Assembly (NCBI GenBank): GCA_043228905.1
Contig: JBHGNT010000011.1
Coordinates: forward strand, 13,764,001-13,828,000
Reading direction: 5' to 3'
Length of the DNA stretch: 64,000 nt
DNA from: Azolla caroliniana
Taxonomy: Eukaryota; Plantae; Polypodiophyta
Positions 14,001 to 27,023 of this stretch are shown here, piece after piece. A program made the position numbers and the translations under genes. Positions within the stretch are counted from its first letter, which is position 1. Each line of letters begins with the position of its first letter. The notes under the pieces are model-generated. The model was not told where the DNA came from, did not search any database, and saw only the letters and a program-made list of their open reading frames with translations.

Positions 14001-16359
14001 ATCTCCCTTGATGCAAGCTAGTGCTAGATAGTATTTAGCTTAAAGTCAGTGGCACATACTTCAAGACTAAGTACATCTACTCCTACCAAAAGAGAATATT
14101 CTTCTAGTCGAGCTAACTAGTCAATCCCATTACCCGACTTCCCTCTTTCCTAAATACATTTTGTCCTACTCATCTACAATTTCCCACATTGACACCTCAT
14201 TGTCCTAAATGGACGGGTTGCACAATAGCTACTCCTCATTTGGGGTGCTATCACAAAATGTGCACTCTAAGAATACATGTGAGGATAAATTAACAACCTA
14301 GGGTAGATCATTGATTATATCTAACATCAAAGTCCATGAAACTTGCCCAAACTACCAGCTTGTTGCTCCTCCATATATAATAAAATACCTAATTCAACTA
14401 TATACAATTACAACTGCAAAATTCGACATTAAATAAATCCGAGGAGATCATGCCGACTCACATATTGACTGATCAGAACAATTGCTATGTCTTCCCTCGT
14501 CGTAAACTCCTTAAATGTATCTTCAATGGTTTTAACTGTTGTCTCTGCATCACATGAATTTCATCATTATATGCCGACAGCCATACATATTGCAAACCAA
14601 TAATACTTAGCAACCTGAGCATCAGGTAGATATTAAGAAAACTTATTTATTACAACAGAACTCGTCACAATTGAGCACGAAGGAATATCAGCAAATGACA
14701 TCATGCTACATAGGCCAACTTTCTTTTTTATGAAGTACAGGAAGGGAGAGGAGAGTTACATGATTCCCCAGAACATCGGCATACTCACCAGACCATTTAT
14801 TTCAACTATAGAACCCAAACATTGTAGGGATCAATTATTACGAGTGAAGTCACCAGAAGCATGTATGCACATATTTCTATACTAGATATCTACCTCTTAA
14901 TACATAAGCCTGCTTCCAAATAAAAAATTTAATTTGAATCCAATGAAATTAGAAACCCCACATTTCAGATCATCATAGCAAAATAATATTGCCTTTGTAA
15001 TGGTTATGTATGTGTCAGATATCTGGAAATGTGATCTCAAGAACTTTGTCATCACGAGAGAGTCCATTCAAATGGGATAGAGAGACTCCATAGTTGAGAG
15101 AAATAGTTATTTGAAGTGAATTTCCTAGAGAGAAAGAGACATGCATTCACCACTCTGTAAATGGTGCAAAGGTTCAGGTTCAAACACAAATGATTCTATT
15201 GAGAAAGCATGAATTTCATAGAGAGAAAGAGACATGCATTTTCCACTCTGTAAATTATGCAAAGGTTCACATTCAAACGCAAATGTTTCCATTGATGCTT
15301 CTTTTCTCAAATTTTGTACCCAAATAAAATTTAGGACTAGAACAAGAATATTGTCAGCAAAAAATTAACTGAAAGTTGAAAACAAATTGCCTCCATATTA
15401 ATCCTGTTTATCCCAAACTTGGACACATCGAAAGGCCTTGGATTACAAGAACCAACCTTAATGTGTTTTCTTAGATAAAAAATAGGCATGTCTGTTCAGC
15501 TGGCTGGTTTTATTTCTGTTACGCATTTGAACAAGGCGAAATGTAGTACTTGGTGACCCTTCTAGAATATATGTCAAGATTTCTGTTTTGAGCTTCTGTT
15601 CAACCATTTGATAACATGGAAGAACTTGAAGATTTTCCAATGGATATCAGTAGATCCTAATAGAATGTGCAAAACCTCCTCTCTACAACAATATAATTCC
15701 TGTCCTAACCATATTGGATTTGCAAATTTAGCAGTTTGTGCAGAAGATGTTTAAACAGACTGCACAAAAACTTGTAAAACATTGATCTGACTCTGGATAT
15801 CTATTTGCATAAGACCTTTGAGTGCATAATGACATGAATGATCCATTATCTACATTGGCCAAATCTTTTCAGAAAAGAATCTATTTTTCTTACACTGCAG
15901 ATTATGTGACGATCTTAGTGAAAAAAGGCTTCCTTTGACCTTCAGGTTCCTACACGGCCGTCTCTTAAACTTTATGAGCTACTTCCCAAACATGCATTGA
16001 GAAACAACACTTCATACACAAGGAAATGGTCTTATTTCCATACAGGCAGATCCGAACAATCTAAGCTTGAAACTCTCCGGATTTCATTAACAAAGAAAAA
16101 CATAGAGACTTACTGTTATCGACGATAAGGTAGTTCGTTTTCCTTCTGAGATCAACGTTTCCAACTCCTGCCAACAGGAACCCAGTGACAGTGTCCTGCA
16201 ACAATAGTTAAACAGAGAGAGAACCCACGGATGCTCAAAGCAGGGAGGGAGACAGAGACATCTGAGAAGAAGAGGGAAAGAGATAGAGAGTAGTGGTGTA
16301 GGTGTTGGGCATACCTCGTCCCCGATGACAGCTATGAGCGATGAATTGGAAGAAGCCAT
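2025..16359 (-). CDS. VHA-F: V-type proton ATPase subunit F (4 exons, 125 aa)
   Basis: Manually spliced exons 16359-16315, 16195-16114, 14544-14462, 2192-2025, all GT-AG and in frame: MASSNSSLIAVIGDE/DTVTGFLLAGVGNVDLRRKTNYLIVDN/KTTVKTIEDTFKEFTTREDIAIVLISQY/IANMIRVVVDSYNKPVPAILEIPSKEHPYDPAQDSILARVKHMFSSDPAGSTARW*. Contains the family motifs IGDEDTVTGFLLAG and LEIPSKEHPYDP. Confidence 0.96.
5913..12948 (+). mobile_element. Truncated Ty1/copia element (second layer); RT, RNase H and 3' LTR missing
   Basis: LTR ~5913-6655 (TG...CA), PBS TGGTATCAAAG at 6658, gag from ATG 7112 (KFDGTNY, zinc knuckle CNYCHKLGHDIGEC ~7908-7950), integrase 11935-12528 (FIDDATRHTWVY, LRTDRGGEY, QNGLAERKNR). Ends abruptly near 12948. 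Confidence 0.85.
8026..11479 (+). mobile_element. Internally deleted Ty1/copia element (innermost layer) with both LTRs and TSD
   Basis: LTRs 8026-8403 and 11030-11479; perfect TSD GGTAG (8021-8025, 11480-11484); PBS TGGTATGAGAGC at 8404; PPT AAGAGGAGG before 11030; protease WLVDSGATSHM; integrase ORF 9404-10369; RT essentially absent. Confidence 0.93.
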
Positions 16360-16837
16360 GGTATGCTCTTCTTCTTCTTCTTCTTCTTCTCCTTCTTCAG
16401 ATTTTGACAGAGACAAGGGAGGAGAAGGAGAATGTTGACAAACAGAAAGACATTCAGAAATAGGGAGTGGAATTCATAATATGTACATTCATTAGAAGCC
16501 TGATATCATCAACATGCCCTCTCTCTCTCTCTCTCTCTCTCTCTCTAGATATATATACATTATAGATATATATACATCTTTGGTCATTTTCAAGGCCTTG
16601 CCCATCTAGATATCTCTTGATACTCTTCTTTCAATAAATAAACTTTACTTGGCCCTCGGATACATACATACCGTCCGTCTGTTCCCGAGTCGACACGCTC
16701 TCTCTGTCTCTGTCTCTCTTCTTGTGTCGCCTTATTTGCTCCCATGTCCATTCCCCCCCCCCCCCCCCCCCAACCTACCTATTAGAAGTCAATTAGTTAT
16801 TAGTAAGCAAAACAGGATCAGAGAAAAGTAAGAGGGG

Positions 16838-18267
16838 TGCCATACCACCCGACAACCCCTTGGCGACGGCATAAGACGGGCCCCCGACCTCCTCGAGGAT
16901 TGCACATGCTTAGCCTGCAAGAGCATAGCTCGGCAACGGTGAGAAAATCACCTGGAAAGGAGAAAACCAAGAAGGGTTCACTTTCGCGCTTCTCTCATTG
17001 TTTTTCTTAGTGAGTTATCCCACATATATATGCAGCTAATACGACTCTATATATATATATACCAACTTATCTCACATATATGCATGATTACATATATATA
17101 AATATATATGTATGTATGTACTTGTCCGAATTTCTATTTGATTGACTTCCATTCGATTGAAACCCATTTTGGCTTTTTGGTTTATTTCAGCCAACCCACT
17201 CTCGTTTCGGCTTTTCGGCTGACTTCAGCTAGCTGACTCTCGTTTCGGCATTTCGGCCGACTCCCCCACAAGAAGGGACAATCTTACATAACACAATTGA
17301 CTTACCACAAAGCCAAGTCATTTCTTAAAAATTTGTATTTTTATCATTATACTTTTTCATATATAAAATATCATACATGAGGGCTTGCATGAGTGACATG
17401 GTTATCATGCATCACATGTAATGCATGAGCGCCAAATGACAAACATGCATTTCATGCATTATATACATGTCTTGCACACCCTCACATGGATCATATGCAT
17501 GGGGGCATCTATAAAAGAGTAGAGGAAAAAGAAAAGGATGATTAATCAATCAATTGATCAAGAAGGCTATGTACTGAATTAAAAAAGAAACAATAAAAAA
17601 AAATCTAGTTATCTTATTGGTGATATATCTTATTTCTCAAAATTGAAATCTCTCTCAATATCTGTCTCATAATTAGAATCTTCGTCTCTCAATCTCTCTA
17701 TATCTATCTTAAATACTTTCTCGCTAAAGCTAGTACAAGCTTCGAATCCTTCTGGTCCATGCCGAGGTCCCGCTTCATTTCGCGAACACGTGAGGATTTC
17801 CTCGACATCTTTCTTGGTGAACCCAACGTGAAGAAGCGATAGGAAGGATCAAGGCGAGGATCGACTAATACTTAGAGATGGCATCCTCAAGGAATCAAGC
17901 GGGAGAGTTTGAAAGAATGATGATAATCTTCGAACAAATGATGAGGTCTCAAGACAACAATGCGAGCGTGGAAAAGGTTGTGGAGGTCGTGGGTCAATTT
18001 GATGGAAGGAACATTACGAAGTTCCTTGATGCATACAGAAGGGAGATGAATCAAAGGGATGTGTCTGAAGCACGTCAAATCTCAAGTTTCAAGAGAGTTG
18101 TCGCCAACAACGTCCAAAGGCGAGTCATCGAGCTTCAAGAAGGGAAGACAACATGGTCCGAGTTCAAGAAAGCAATATTCGCAGAGTTCGCGACAGAAGA
18201 TTTGTCGAGGATGAGTCGATCTTACGGGCATGACCATATAATATCCTGTGGTGAGAATTTATTGTAG
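16838..18267 (+). mobile_element. Ty3/gypsy-like 5' fragment (LTR, PBS, truncated gag)
   Basis: LTR-like end ...GACA at 17807, PBS TGGTGAACCCAACGTGA at 17815-17831, gag-like ORF 17878-18267 (FDGRNITKFL...TTWSEFKKAIFAEF). Left boundary uncertain. Confidence 0.65.
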
Positions 18268-19329
18268 TAGAGTTGACCCACCACGAAACAAAGTCCCGAC
18301 GTAGTCAAGATATGATCAAATGAGGGTAGTTAGGCCTCATATTTATAGTGATACCGAAGGCCCCCAAGCATGTTCACACTTGGCCTAACCCAATCAAAAA
18401 AATCTAGACTATACATGCATTCAAAACTAATTCAACTTGCACTAGTGTCGTGAATATTGGAGATGGAATAGTTGTCATCTAATTCCCTCAAAATTAAAGT
18501 TTTTTACTTATCTCCACTTGCAAAGCTCTTACTATAGTTGGACCTTGTCATTTCATGATGGGTTTATAGTGCCCACAATTGCCACCTTTTTCTTGTGATG
18601 GAACTCGAATTGTCTATTACCGCACTAGCCTTGGATAATGGCTTCGCTTAGAGTTGTCAATTGTTTAAGATTGAGTCTAAGGTTCTTAGTGTTAGTTTAG
18701 AGTCTCTAATAGAACTAGTTGAGGAGTGTTTGGTGGTCCCAATTGATGTCTCATGCAAGTTGAGAAACTCTAATACGTACATAAAAGTTGTGTGGAGACT
18801 TGTTTTAGTCTATAAAGCTTCCTAATTTAGGGTGAATTGTCTTTATTATAGTTATGTAATCGCTCATGCAATCAAGCCACCTTGGTAATGCTCCCTTCAT
18901 TGGAAAATTTGTTGGCATTTAACATACAACTTTAGAGGAATCATAGAATTCTACAGTAGGATCTCTATTAACGCTCATTTGAAAGTGCAAAACACATGGG
19001 GAAATTGGCATCAACTTTGTTTTAGTACCATGAAGGTAAATAATGAACAAAAATAGCATGCTCTTTATATATCATGGAGGGGAACTAATGGATTGGATGA
19101 GCTCATCCACGTGTATAATAAATAAATAGGAGGTTCAAAAACGAGCATATCAAAACTATTGTTGGACCTCAATATTCCAAGGCATAAGCTTACCAATAAG
19201 CTACAATAGGGCTTCAGTTAAGTGCGTGTCCATTTAAGTGTGACATTCTATTAAATGCGTTTTTTTGGGAGGCCAAAAGATTACATTCTTTCTTCACAAA
19301 ATTACATTCTATTATATTCGAACAAGGAA

Positions 19330-19575
19330 AGAAAGAAGCATTTGCAAACCATCTCTATCTTTGCAAGATTGTCTCCATTAGATAAGCTATTGATGGTGGG
19401 GACATTGAAGGAAATGGGTGAGGTTGTTGTCATGATAGGTCATGGTACCAATCATGCATTGGCAATTCAAGAAGTGGATGTTAGGGCATCAAAGGAGAGT
19501 CTAGACTTTGCGATTATGGATGATAACTTTGCATTAGCGGTGAAAGTGGTATGGTGGGGCCCCATTGGTTTATGA
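19330..19575 (+). pseudogene. Fragment of a P2B-type Ca2+-ATPase (ACA-like), degenerate
   Basis: ARLSPLDKLLMVGTLKEMGEVVVMIGHGTNHALAIQEVDV...SKESLDFAIMDDNFALAVKVVWWG matches the ARSSPxDK...GDGTNDAPAL...KESxDIIILDDNF...WGR region. The hinge aspartates are replaced by His and the GLAMGIAGTEV segment is missing. Confidence 0.8.
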
Positions 19576-20343
19576 CAACATATTGACTCCTATTATAGAG
19601 AAAGGCACACGCAAGGTTTTCAATTGTTTTAGCAAATGCTCGAGAGAGCAATCTGAGCCATAGAACTGGCAACCAACAAATCAAAAAACCCTAGGGGCAT
19701 CATGAGAGGAATTAGGAAGAACTAAACAAAGTTTTCATATTTACAACAATACCCCTCTCTTTGCTCACTCTAAATCAAGAGAATTTCATGATTCCCTTGC
19801 CCTACTTTTCACCCGACACTTAGGGTTAGGATTTCTTAAGTTTGGATTTTTTCTAGGGTTACGTATGTGACTCATGGTGAGTGAACAAAACCCCAGGGCT
19901 TCGGTGGAGGAATTGGGATTAACTCCCACTTGAATTTGGCGACAATCTTCGTAAATTTTTTGTGGCAACAAGATCACCAAGGAATATGTCATTAAACTAA
20001 TGTGTAGCTACTATGGGTGAATTCGATCATGGACATGTTGGGAGTGCTAGAGAGAAGCCAACCAATAATTTGTTGAACATTCCCCCAATTGGGTAGAAGG
20101 AGCCCACCTATAATCCGATATAGAGCAGGTCATTGAGAACATGCCCCAAAGAGCCCATTGATAATCCACAACAAATCAAGCCATTGATCATTTGCTGAAC
20201 ATACCCCCAATCAGGTGGGATGAGCCCCAATGATAATCCGTTTTTTTTTCCTAAAAAGATATGCCTTGGTATTATGAAATCATAAGAAATACAAAAGTTG
20301 GGTTGGATAAACAAATATACCAACCGATTCCCTTGTACTCTCA

Positions 20344-21040
20344 TCATAGCCGATTTGTTGAGCATAGCCAGCAATAAGGGCTAGCCAAGCAAACACACAT
20401 CGAAGATGAAGGTATTCCAATACTTTTCTTGCTTTCTACCTCATCATGAATCTCAAGGAAGACCTCCTCATGCTTTTTATTTTGTTGATTTTGCACACAT
20501 CCGTCAATCATAATATTCCAAGAAACTACATCTCGAATGGGAAGCTCTTCAAGTACATATTGCGCTTTAATAATCAAACCACATTTAGCATATGTATCCC
20601 CTAGTGCATTTCCAAGTGCGATATCTTTTAATGGAAAGCATTTAGAAACAATCTTTACATGAATTTTTATGCCCATTTCTACATCTCTTGTTATGCTACA
20701 TCCTTTGAAGATGCAAATAAAGTTGATGGTATGAGGAGAGATGCCCTCGTTTTGCATCATTTCAAAGCTTTTAAAGCTTCATAAACTCGACCTTCTTGTG
20801 CATAACCTGAAATTAACGCACTCCACGATATAACATTTCGGGTTGGCAACTTTTCGAGCACTTTTTGTGCTTTCAAAAGAGCACCACATTTAGCATACAT
20901 GCTCATCAAATCGGTTGCTAGATATGGGTTTTTTTTAAGCAACCCTTTTCTCACAATATATGCATGTATTCTAGAACCTTCACAAAGATCCTTCCTCTGA
21001 GAACAAACTTTGAGAAATGCCACAACATTGACAATACCTT
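20344..21040 (-). pseudogene. PLS-class PPR pseudogene (frameshifted, truncated)
   Basis: Two ORFs in different frames with MYAKCG and VISWSALISGYAQEG motifs; N-terminus closely resembles that of the PPR gene at 42965. Confidence 0.85.
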
Positions 21041-22659
21041 ATCAATGGCAATTTTTTCCGAATTACTGCTTGAAAAAAGTGATATTGAAACATTATCATT
21101 CTAACAACATCTCTAAGAAGTGCTTCACTTGAATGCCAAAAACTAGTAATTTTTTTAGCTAAACTTCATTGAGCAATTTGCTATTGTTGTTTCTGGATTT
21201 CTACTTTTCAAACTCTGACTGATGTCTCTCTTTCATAATCCATCTTGCAACTTGTGCAACAGCAACAACTTTCCAGCGTCATTCCTCATAACCGATTTGA
21301 TGTGTATATACAAGAACTACAAATATTTGTACACCATATCTCGAAGATTTTTATCGTCTATTCCTCCCAAACTTCAATTGAGCATGCAATGTAACCTGTA
21401 AGCACCCAAAATCTGTAACAACAGAATGTCCATAAACAAAGTTAGTAGACATTGTTTCCCAAAATGACAAGAACCGTATACATCCAAATTATGTGATCTC
21501 CATCTTCCCTAAAAATGAGCATAGAGGTCCATATCCTTTTAAAATGCATTTGCTTCTTGAAAATGGCATCAACATTGTCTGTGAAACTTTCATACTGACC
21601 ACGTAATGTATGAACAAGTAACAGACAAAATTTCAGCAATTATAACAGAAGCATCCTGAGTGGCATTGTCAAATATTGATGTGCATCGCACCTTCCAAAT
21701 TACCCACATCAGAATAGATGAAATTGTCTTCTAGATAATATAATCCCTAAATTGCGAACTGTCACTTATAAAAGGTAACCATTTGTATATGAGGAGGAAC
21801 TATGTGAAAGGCTTCCACTATATCCTCCTTTTCATATAACAAGAGTTGTCCCTCTAGAATGCCCCACCTAACCGCACCCCAAGTAACCACACAATTAGCA
21901 TGTATCAATATCAAAAACCTTAATACTCTTTGCCATACTTGCATAATTTAAGGACAAGACCACAATGCATGCTTAATTAATTTTATCATACATCCACAAC
22001 CAAAACCACATGACTTACTATCTAATTGCCGCAACCAAGCCCGAACTGGTAGTTCATAATGATAATTCGTTGTATAGCAGCCCACCGATAATTCATTGAA
22101 CATGCCCCTAATCGAGTGGAAAGAGCCCCTAATTTTTTTATCACCTCTAATTTCACGTGGAGGAACATCTCCTTCCAAGCCATCTATTGCTTTGTCATTC
22201 ACCTAACCCTTCTGGTTATGGAAGAAAAGATAATGAGGCTAATTGGTGTACCGAATGCTTGTTGTATGAACTGAATTTTCATATTCAACCCTAAGTGCTC
22301 AGCTTGGTTAAGTGCGCACTTATTCCCCAAGATCAAAGTGCGTACTTAACAAAATGTCTATTGTATATCATTATTGATATAGTTTAATTAAACAATAGAA
22401 TTTCTTGTACAACCAATTTAAAATTTTATACATCAAGGAATAAGTCGCAGGGAACCCCAAAGTATCTTAGCACATATTGCCTTATCAAGCTATATATTCC
22501 TATATTGACAAAGACGAATAATTTGATTCTTAAATACAAAATATGAGTTAATTAGATATATGCTTTTAATGCCATTATCAAATGAGCATCACCATTGGAT
22601 GATGAGATTTTTATGGAATTGCTTGTGGCAAACTATCAGCATGAGTTTAGGTGACTTTT

Positions 22660-22697
<38 letters not shown>

Positions 22698-22959
22698 GTG
22701 AAAACACACAAGGATATTATAAATGTGTGTGAAAAACACTACTTACAATGGATGTCACAATGGAGTATGGTCATCCATTAACTGCACGAATAATGGAACA
22801 TGTTGAATTTCCAATAGGCAAGATGAATACTTCACCGAGGAAAAATTTTCTACTTGCTCCAATAAAGAAAATTTTCACATGATAACTCCCTTCAACTTTC
22901 ATATATATGCTTTGATTCCATGCTTACCATCAAATACAAAAGCATTGTGCATATCCAAA

Positions 22960-23900
22960 TTATGTCGTAATCCCAATACTACATCAGAAAGTTGAATTTG
23001 ATTTTAGGTGACTTGAATGAATTGTGCCAACACCCATTGGCTTGGCATCAAATAACGTTGTGACAAAACTTGCCAAATTTGAGAAATGTAATTCCAAATC
23101 TGGCAAGCAATCAGACATTGTATGAAACGATGAATATTATCTTCCATTTGAATAGTGCAAAAGAAACAATTGCTCATTGCTAATCCACGTCTCTTTAGAG
23201 TTGATCCCAAAGGTAAACCCCCAATCAAAACTCCCCAAATGAAGGCCTTCACTATAAGTGACAATTTAGAATGTCAACTACATTTTAAGATCTACCACCA
23301 TCAATGATCAAAGTTATGTACTTTCCATTCGTGTTCAACCTTAGATGATAGCTATCAAAGAGACTAATGATACAAGAGATCAGTTGTCGCTTGTAGAAAC
23401 GAAGTTTGAACCCATAAACACCAATAAACCCATGGTTGCTCTTTTGTTTATAAAGGTAAAGAACCTTGCATCAATACAATATTTTATAGTTGTTACTAGA
23501 TAAACCCATAATTGGGCAGGGATGCGTAATAATTGTCGCACTTCAACAAACTCCAAAATTCTTCAAGATCAAGCCTCAACTATATCTCCCACCTCTTTGA
23601 TCCTCAAACAAAATAGTAAATTAAATTGAACACACACACACAAAATGAAAAAAAGTCCATGCCTATTCATAACGAGGAAGCCTATATTATTAACACTTAG
23701 GGAACAATTGTCTAGGAACCATGCAACATCAACAACCTACGAGATTGGGGAATATCTAAGAAAAATATGGCCTATTGTCTTATGGATGTCCATTTCCATC
23801 CACAACCCCGTTGACACCAGTAAAAAGGCAGAAGAAGCAGTTTTCATGATTTGGATGAACTAGACAGTGAATTAGAAGAAAAGAAGATGGATCCCTTTAA
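22960..23900 (-). mobile_element. Decayed LINE (L1-like) ORF2 3' remnant
   Basis: ORF 23004-23264 KAFIWGVLIGGLPLGSTLKRRG...CFFC...EDNIHRFIQC...QIW fits the zf-RVT pattern; boundaries approximate. Confidence 0.7.
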
Positions 23901-26900
23901 AGACATTGGGATAGGAACAACCAAATAGTATAATAATTTAATATAACAATAGTAAAGCTCAGACTGGTTGCGATTGTACAACTAGTTCAATTGGTCACCT
24001 AAGATTTTGACAATCCTCAATTGTCATTTTAAGTGCAAAAAATTGCAACCTTGATTCCATCAATTGACAATCGTAGTGGTACTTCATATATCCTGAAATG
24101 GCAAATGGAATTGATGTTAGAGGGGAGACTATGCACTAGAGTGTTTGTAGGCATCACTATTACCAATAATGTTAGATCCTTGGGGGGTAGTATCTCCCAA
24201 TCTTTGGTGCCTCCACATACAAGAAACATAAAAACATGTCACTTAAGAATGCCTTTCATATGAGGACATCACGCATGATTTTCAAGATTTCAGTCAAGGT
24301 TTTACTAGGTTCCAATAACCCTTGGTAGGGACAACAGATCTTCTAAAACATGAATAAATGTGAAGATCAATACGTTTATCCCCCACTCTTTGGTGCCTCC
24401 ACATACAAGAAACATAAAAACATGTCACTTAAGAATGCCTTGCATATGAGGACATCACGCATGATTTTCAAGATTTCAGTCAAGGTTTTACTAGGTTCCA
24501 ATAATCCTTGGTAGGGACAACAGATCTTCTAAAACATGAATAAATGCGAAGATCAATAGGTTCAAGCTCCTTATTCATGAGTCGAGAAGTATGTAGAGAT
24601 CACCAAAAAAGTTCCACTCAACTACTTGATTTCACAAAATGGGTTGGCGAGTGCAACAAGCTACAACTCATATCACTGTCATGACTCAAAGAACCTTATC
24701 AAAACATAACTAATATATTAAAAAAGCTACAACATTTAATATTAACGCCATTATAATCATGATATGTTATCACTCTTATAACTTGATATATACCTTAAAG
24801 GCCAATAATGAAGCACAAGTACCACATTGGCCAAATTTACATTATTAGACACCTAGTCAATAGTAGGGCCGATACACAATGGACTTCTTTAAGGAATGTG
24901 ATCATATTACTACCAATATTGATGTTATTAGAATATTATACTCATATCAATTGCTATGTCATCTAAGAAGAACCACTAATGTTTGTATTGATGTTGATTT
25001 GATCCTCATCCATTTTGAGAATGGTCATATTACGTCTAATGGTTGTTTGTCACTTTGTGTTTTACAAACAGTTCATTGGTACATTTAAATATCTAAACAT
25101 GAATTATGTATACCAACCTGTCATATTCTCTAAATAGATCATGTCAATGACAACTTAAATGAATAGTATTAGTATAAATGATATCAAATAAAAACTAAAA
25201 GTAGAATACTCCTTTTTGAAAAAAAGAAGTAGAATATTCAATCACTTCCTTTTAAGAGTTAATAATTATAGTGGTTTCTCCTTTCTCACTATTAATATTT
25301 TTACTTGGAGCATTCAAAGTCATAGACTCATGCTTGACTTGAATTGTGCAACATACACATACACAATATTTTGCATCCATACACATTAGTTAATTGGTCT
25401 ATTCATGGGATGAGTGTCATGGACTACTAGGCTCATATGGCTTGAGATTTTGTAACTTTTGACCAACATTAAACTTTGTGGAAACATAAACAAAGCAACT
25501 AGATTGTGTGAAATACTTCAAAAGAGTAGCAAATCTTCAACAATTACCCATCTAAATGAGCTTAAGAAAAGGAAATTATGTATATGCTAACCCACAATGT
25601 GAAAGCATTGCATATTATTCATTTTGGTTTAGGTTGCCTTACTCAAATTCAAAACTTTAATACATAGACATGATTGGGTAGTGGAAAACCATGCATTGCA
25701 ATCTCAAGTGCAATGCTACAACTATGATTTGAGTCTCAAAGAATGTGTTTGATGTTGCATTATATTTAAAGCCTCATGTCAATTTTGGTTTGAGATCATG
25801 CATCCGAGGAGGTTGTAATTTTTCCATGATGCAAGGAATGGGAACTACACACAGGCAATCAATGTATAGCAAGATAAAGGCTTCAAAGGTAGAGGCATAA
25901 AAAATACCTAAATCAACCTCAATGAAATAACAAAATACTTGACTTGAGAGCCCTCAATATATTTGCACCAATCTAATTTAGCAACAAATTCCAGCAAACC
26001 ATATTCTTTTTGGGTGATTCCAATACATAATTCGTACTAGGCTTAAAGTATTGACACTTCATGTTTCTTATGACATATTTTGCTATAACATTTTTAACTT
26101 CTCTTTATCCCATCGTCTTTTAATTTGTTTTCACAAGTCACTTCCATTTCTTGTAAAGTGTAGTTATACATGCCATCACAATCAAATTTGATAATGACAA
26201 TACTTATGTAGTGCACCAATGCTAGATAACCAAGAATATTGAATTTGACCCCAAAACTCGTAGTATGGTGTCTTTTCTGGACCACTTCCTTGCACCCAAT
26301 TTTTCATGTGATTTCAAATAGTAGACATGCATCTACACCTTAAATATACTTCATGATACAACTTTATATTTCAAGATAAATGTTCACTATTAGATATCTC
26401 ATTCAAAAGATAACAGTAGATTAGCCACACAATGCTAAACAGAATAATGTTCCCAGTTTCAATGACTACGACTCCTACAAGTATAACCTTGAGGTTATGC
26501 GTTGAGTCTCAAATCAAATGTATATTTTCTTTCACACATTTCCTTGCCATGGTTGGCAATGGAACTCATAGTTATTTGTAGTAACAGAGGGGGCGAGTAT
26601 ATCCACCCCCAAATAATGATTGCTTTACAGAAACAGGTATATCATACATCAGCAGAATGTGCCTTACAATCCATATCATAATGGTCATGTACAAGGAAAG
26701 AATCAAACTTTGATAGAACGATATAATGTATAGTGCATAAAGCATATCCATCAGAGTCTGCTGTCGGAAATTTTCAGCCTTCTAATGATGCTCATGCTCA
26801 ACTAGATTCTGACATTGGTGCAGCAAGATAACTCGTATTATGTATGTGAAATACATCTATGGCAGCTTGAGTAACTGCTCTGGGATCAGTGCTAGATCAT

Positions 26901-27023
26901 TGGAAAAGTAGATGAGATTCACCTCCCAGCCACAGACCTTTATAGCATGCCCCATGCCAATAATAGAGTAGCCCTAGCCTTTCTAGGACCTTGGCTATAT
27001 TTAGTTACTAACTGTAGTGATGT

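Larger units (their letters stand above)
2481..14326 (-). mobile_element. Degenerate Ty1/copia LTR retrotransposon (outer element) in VHA-F intron 3
   Basis: Related LTRs at ~2481-3327 and 13678-14326. On the minus strand, PBS TGGTATTGAAGCC follows the 5' LTR (13677 downward) and PPT TTCAGGGGGGC lies at 3328-3338. Frameshifted RNase H/RT/integrase at 3400-5900 (QMDVKSAFLNG, LRSDRGGKF, WAEAVNTA); gag start PPLFDG near 13550. TSD degenerate (gcaga/tcaaa). Confidence 0.9.

Noticed and set aside
16087-16416. 109-aa ORF as a standalone gene
   Set aside because: It is the VHA-F 5' UTR, exon 1 and intron 1 read through, continuing out of frame into exon 2.
16519-16771. (CT)n and poly-C tracts as functional elements
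   Set aside because: Simple repeats of this type are frequent throughout the window; no specific evidence of function.
25300-26400. Possible decayed DNA-transposase sequence
   Set aside because: No diagnostic motif could be read by eye; needs a translated HMM search. The same applies to ~36300-38400 and ~58400-59900.
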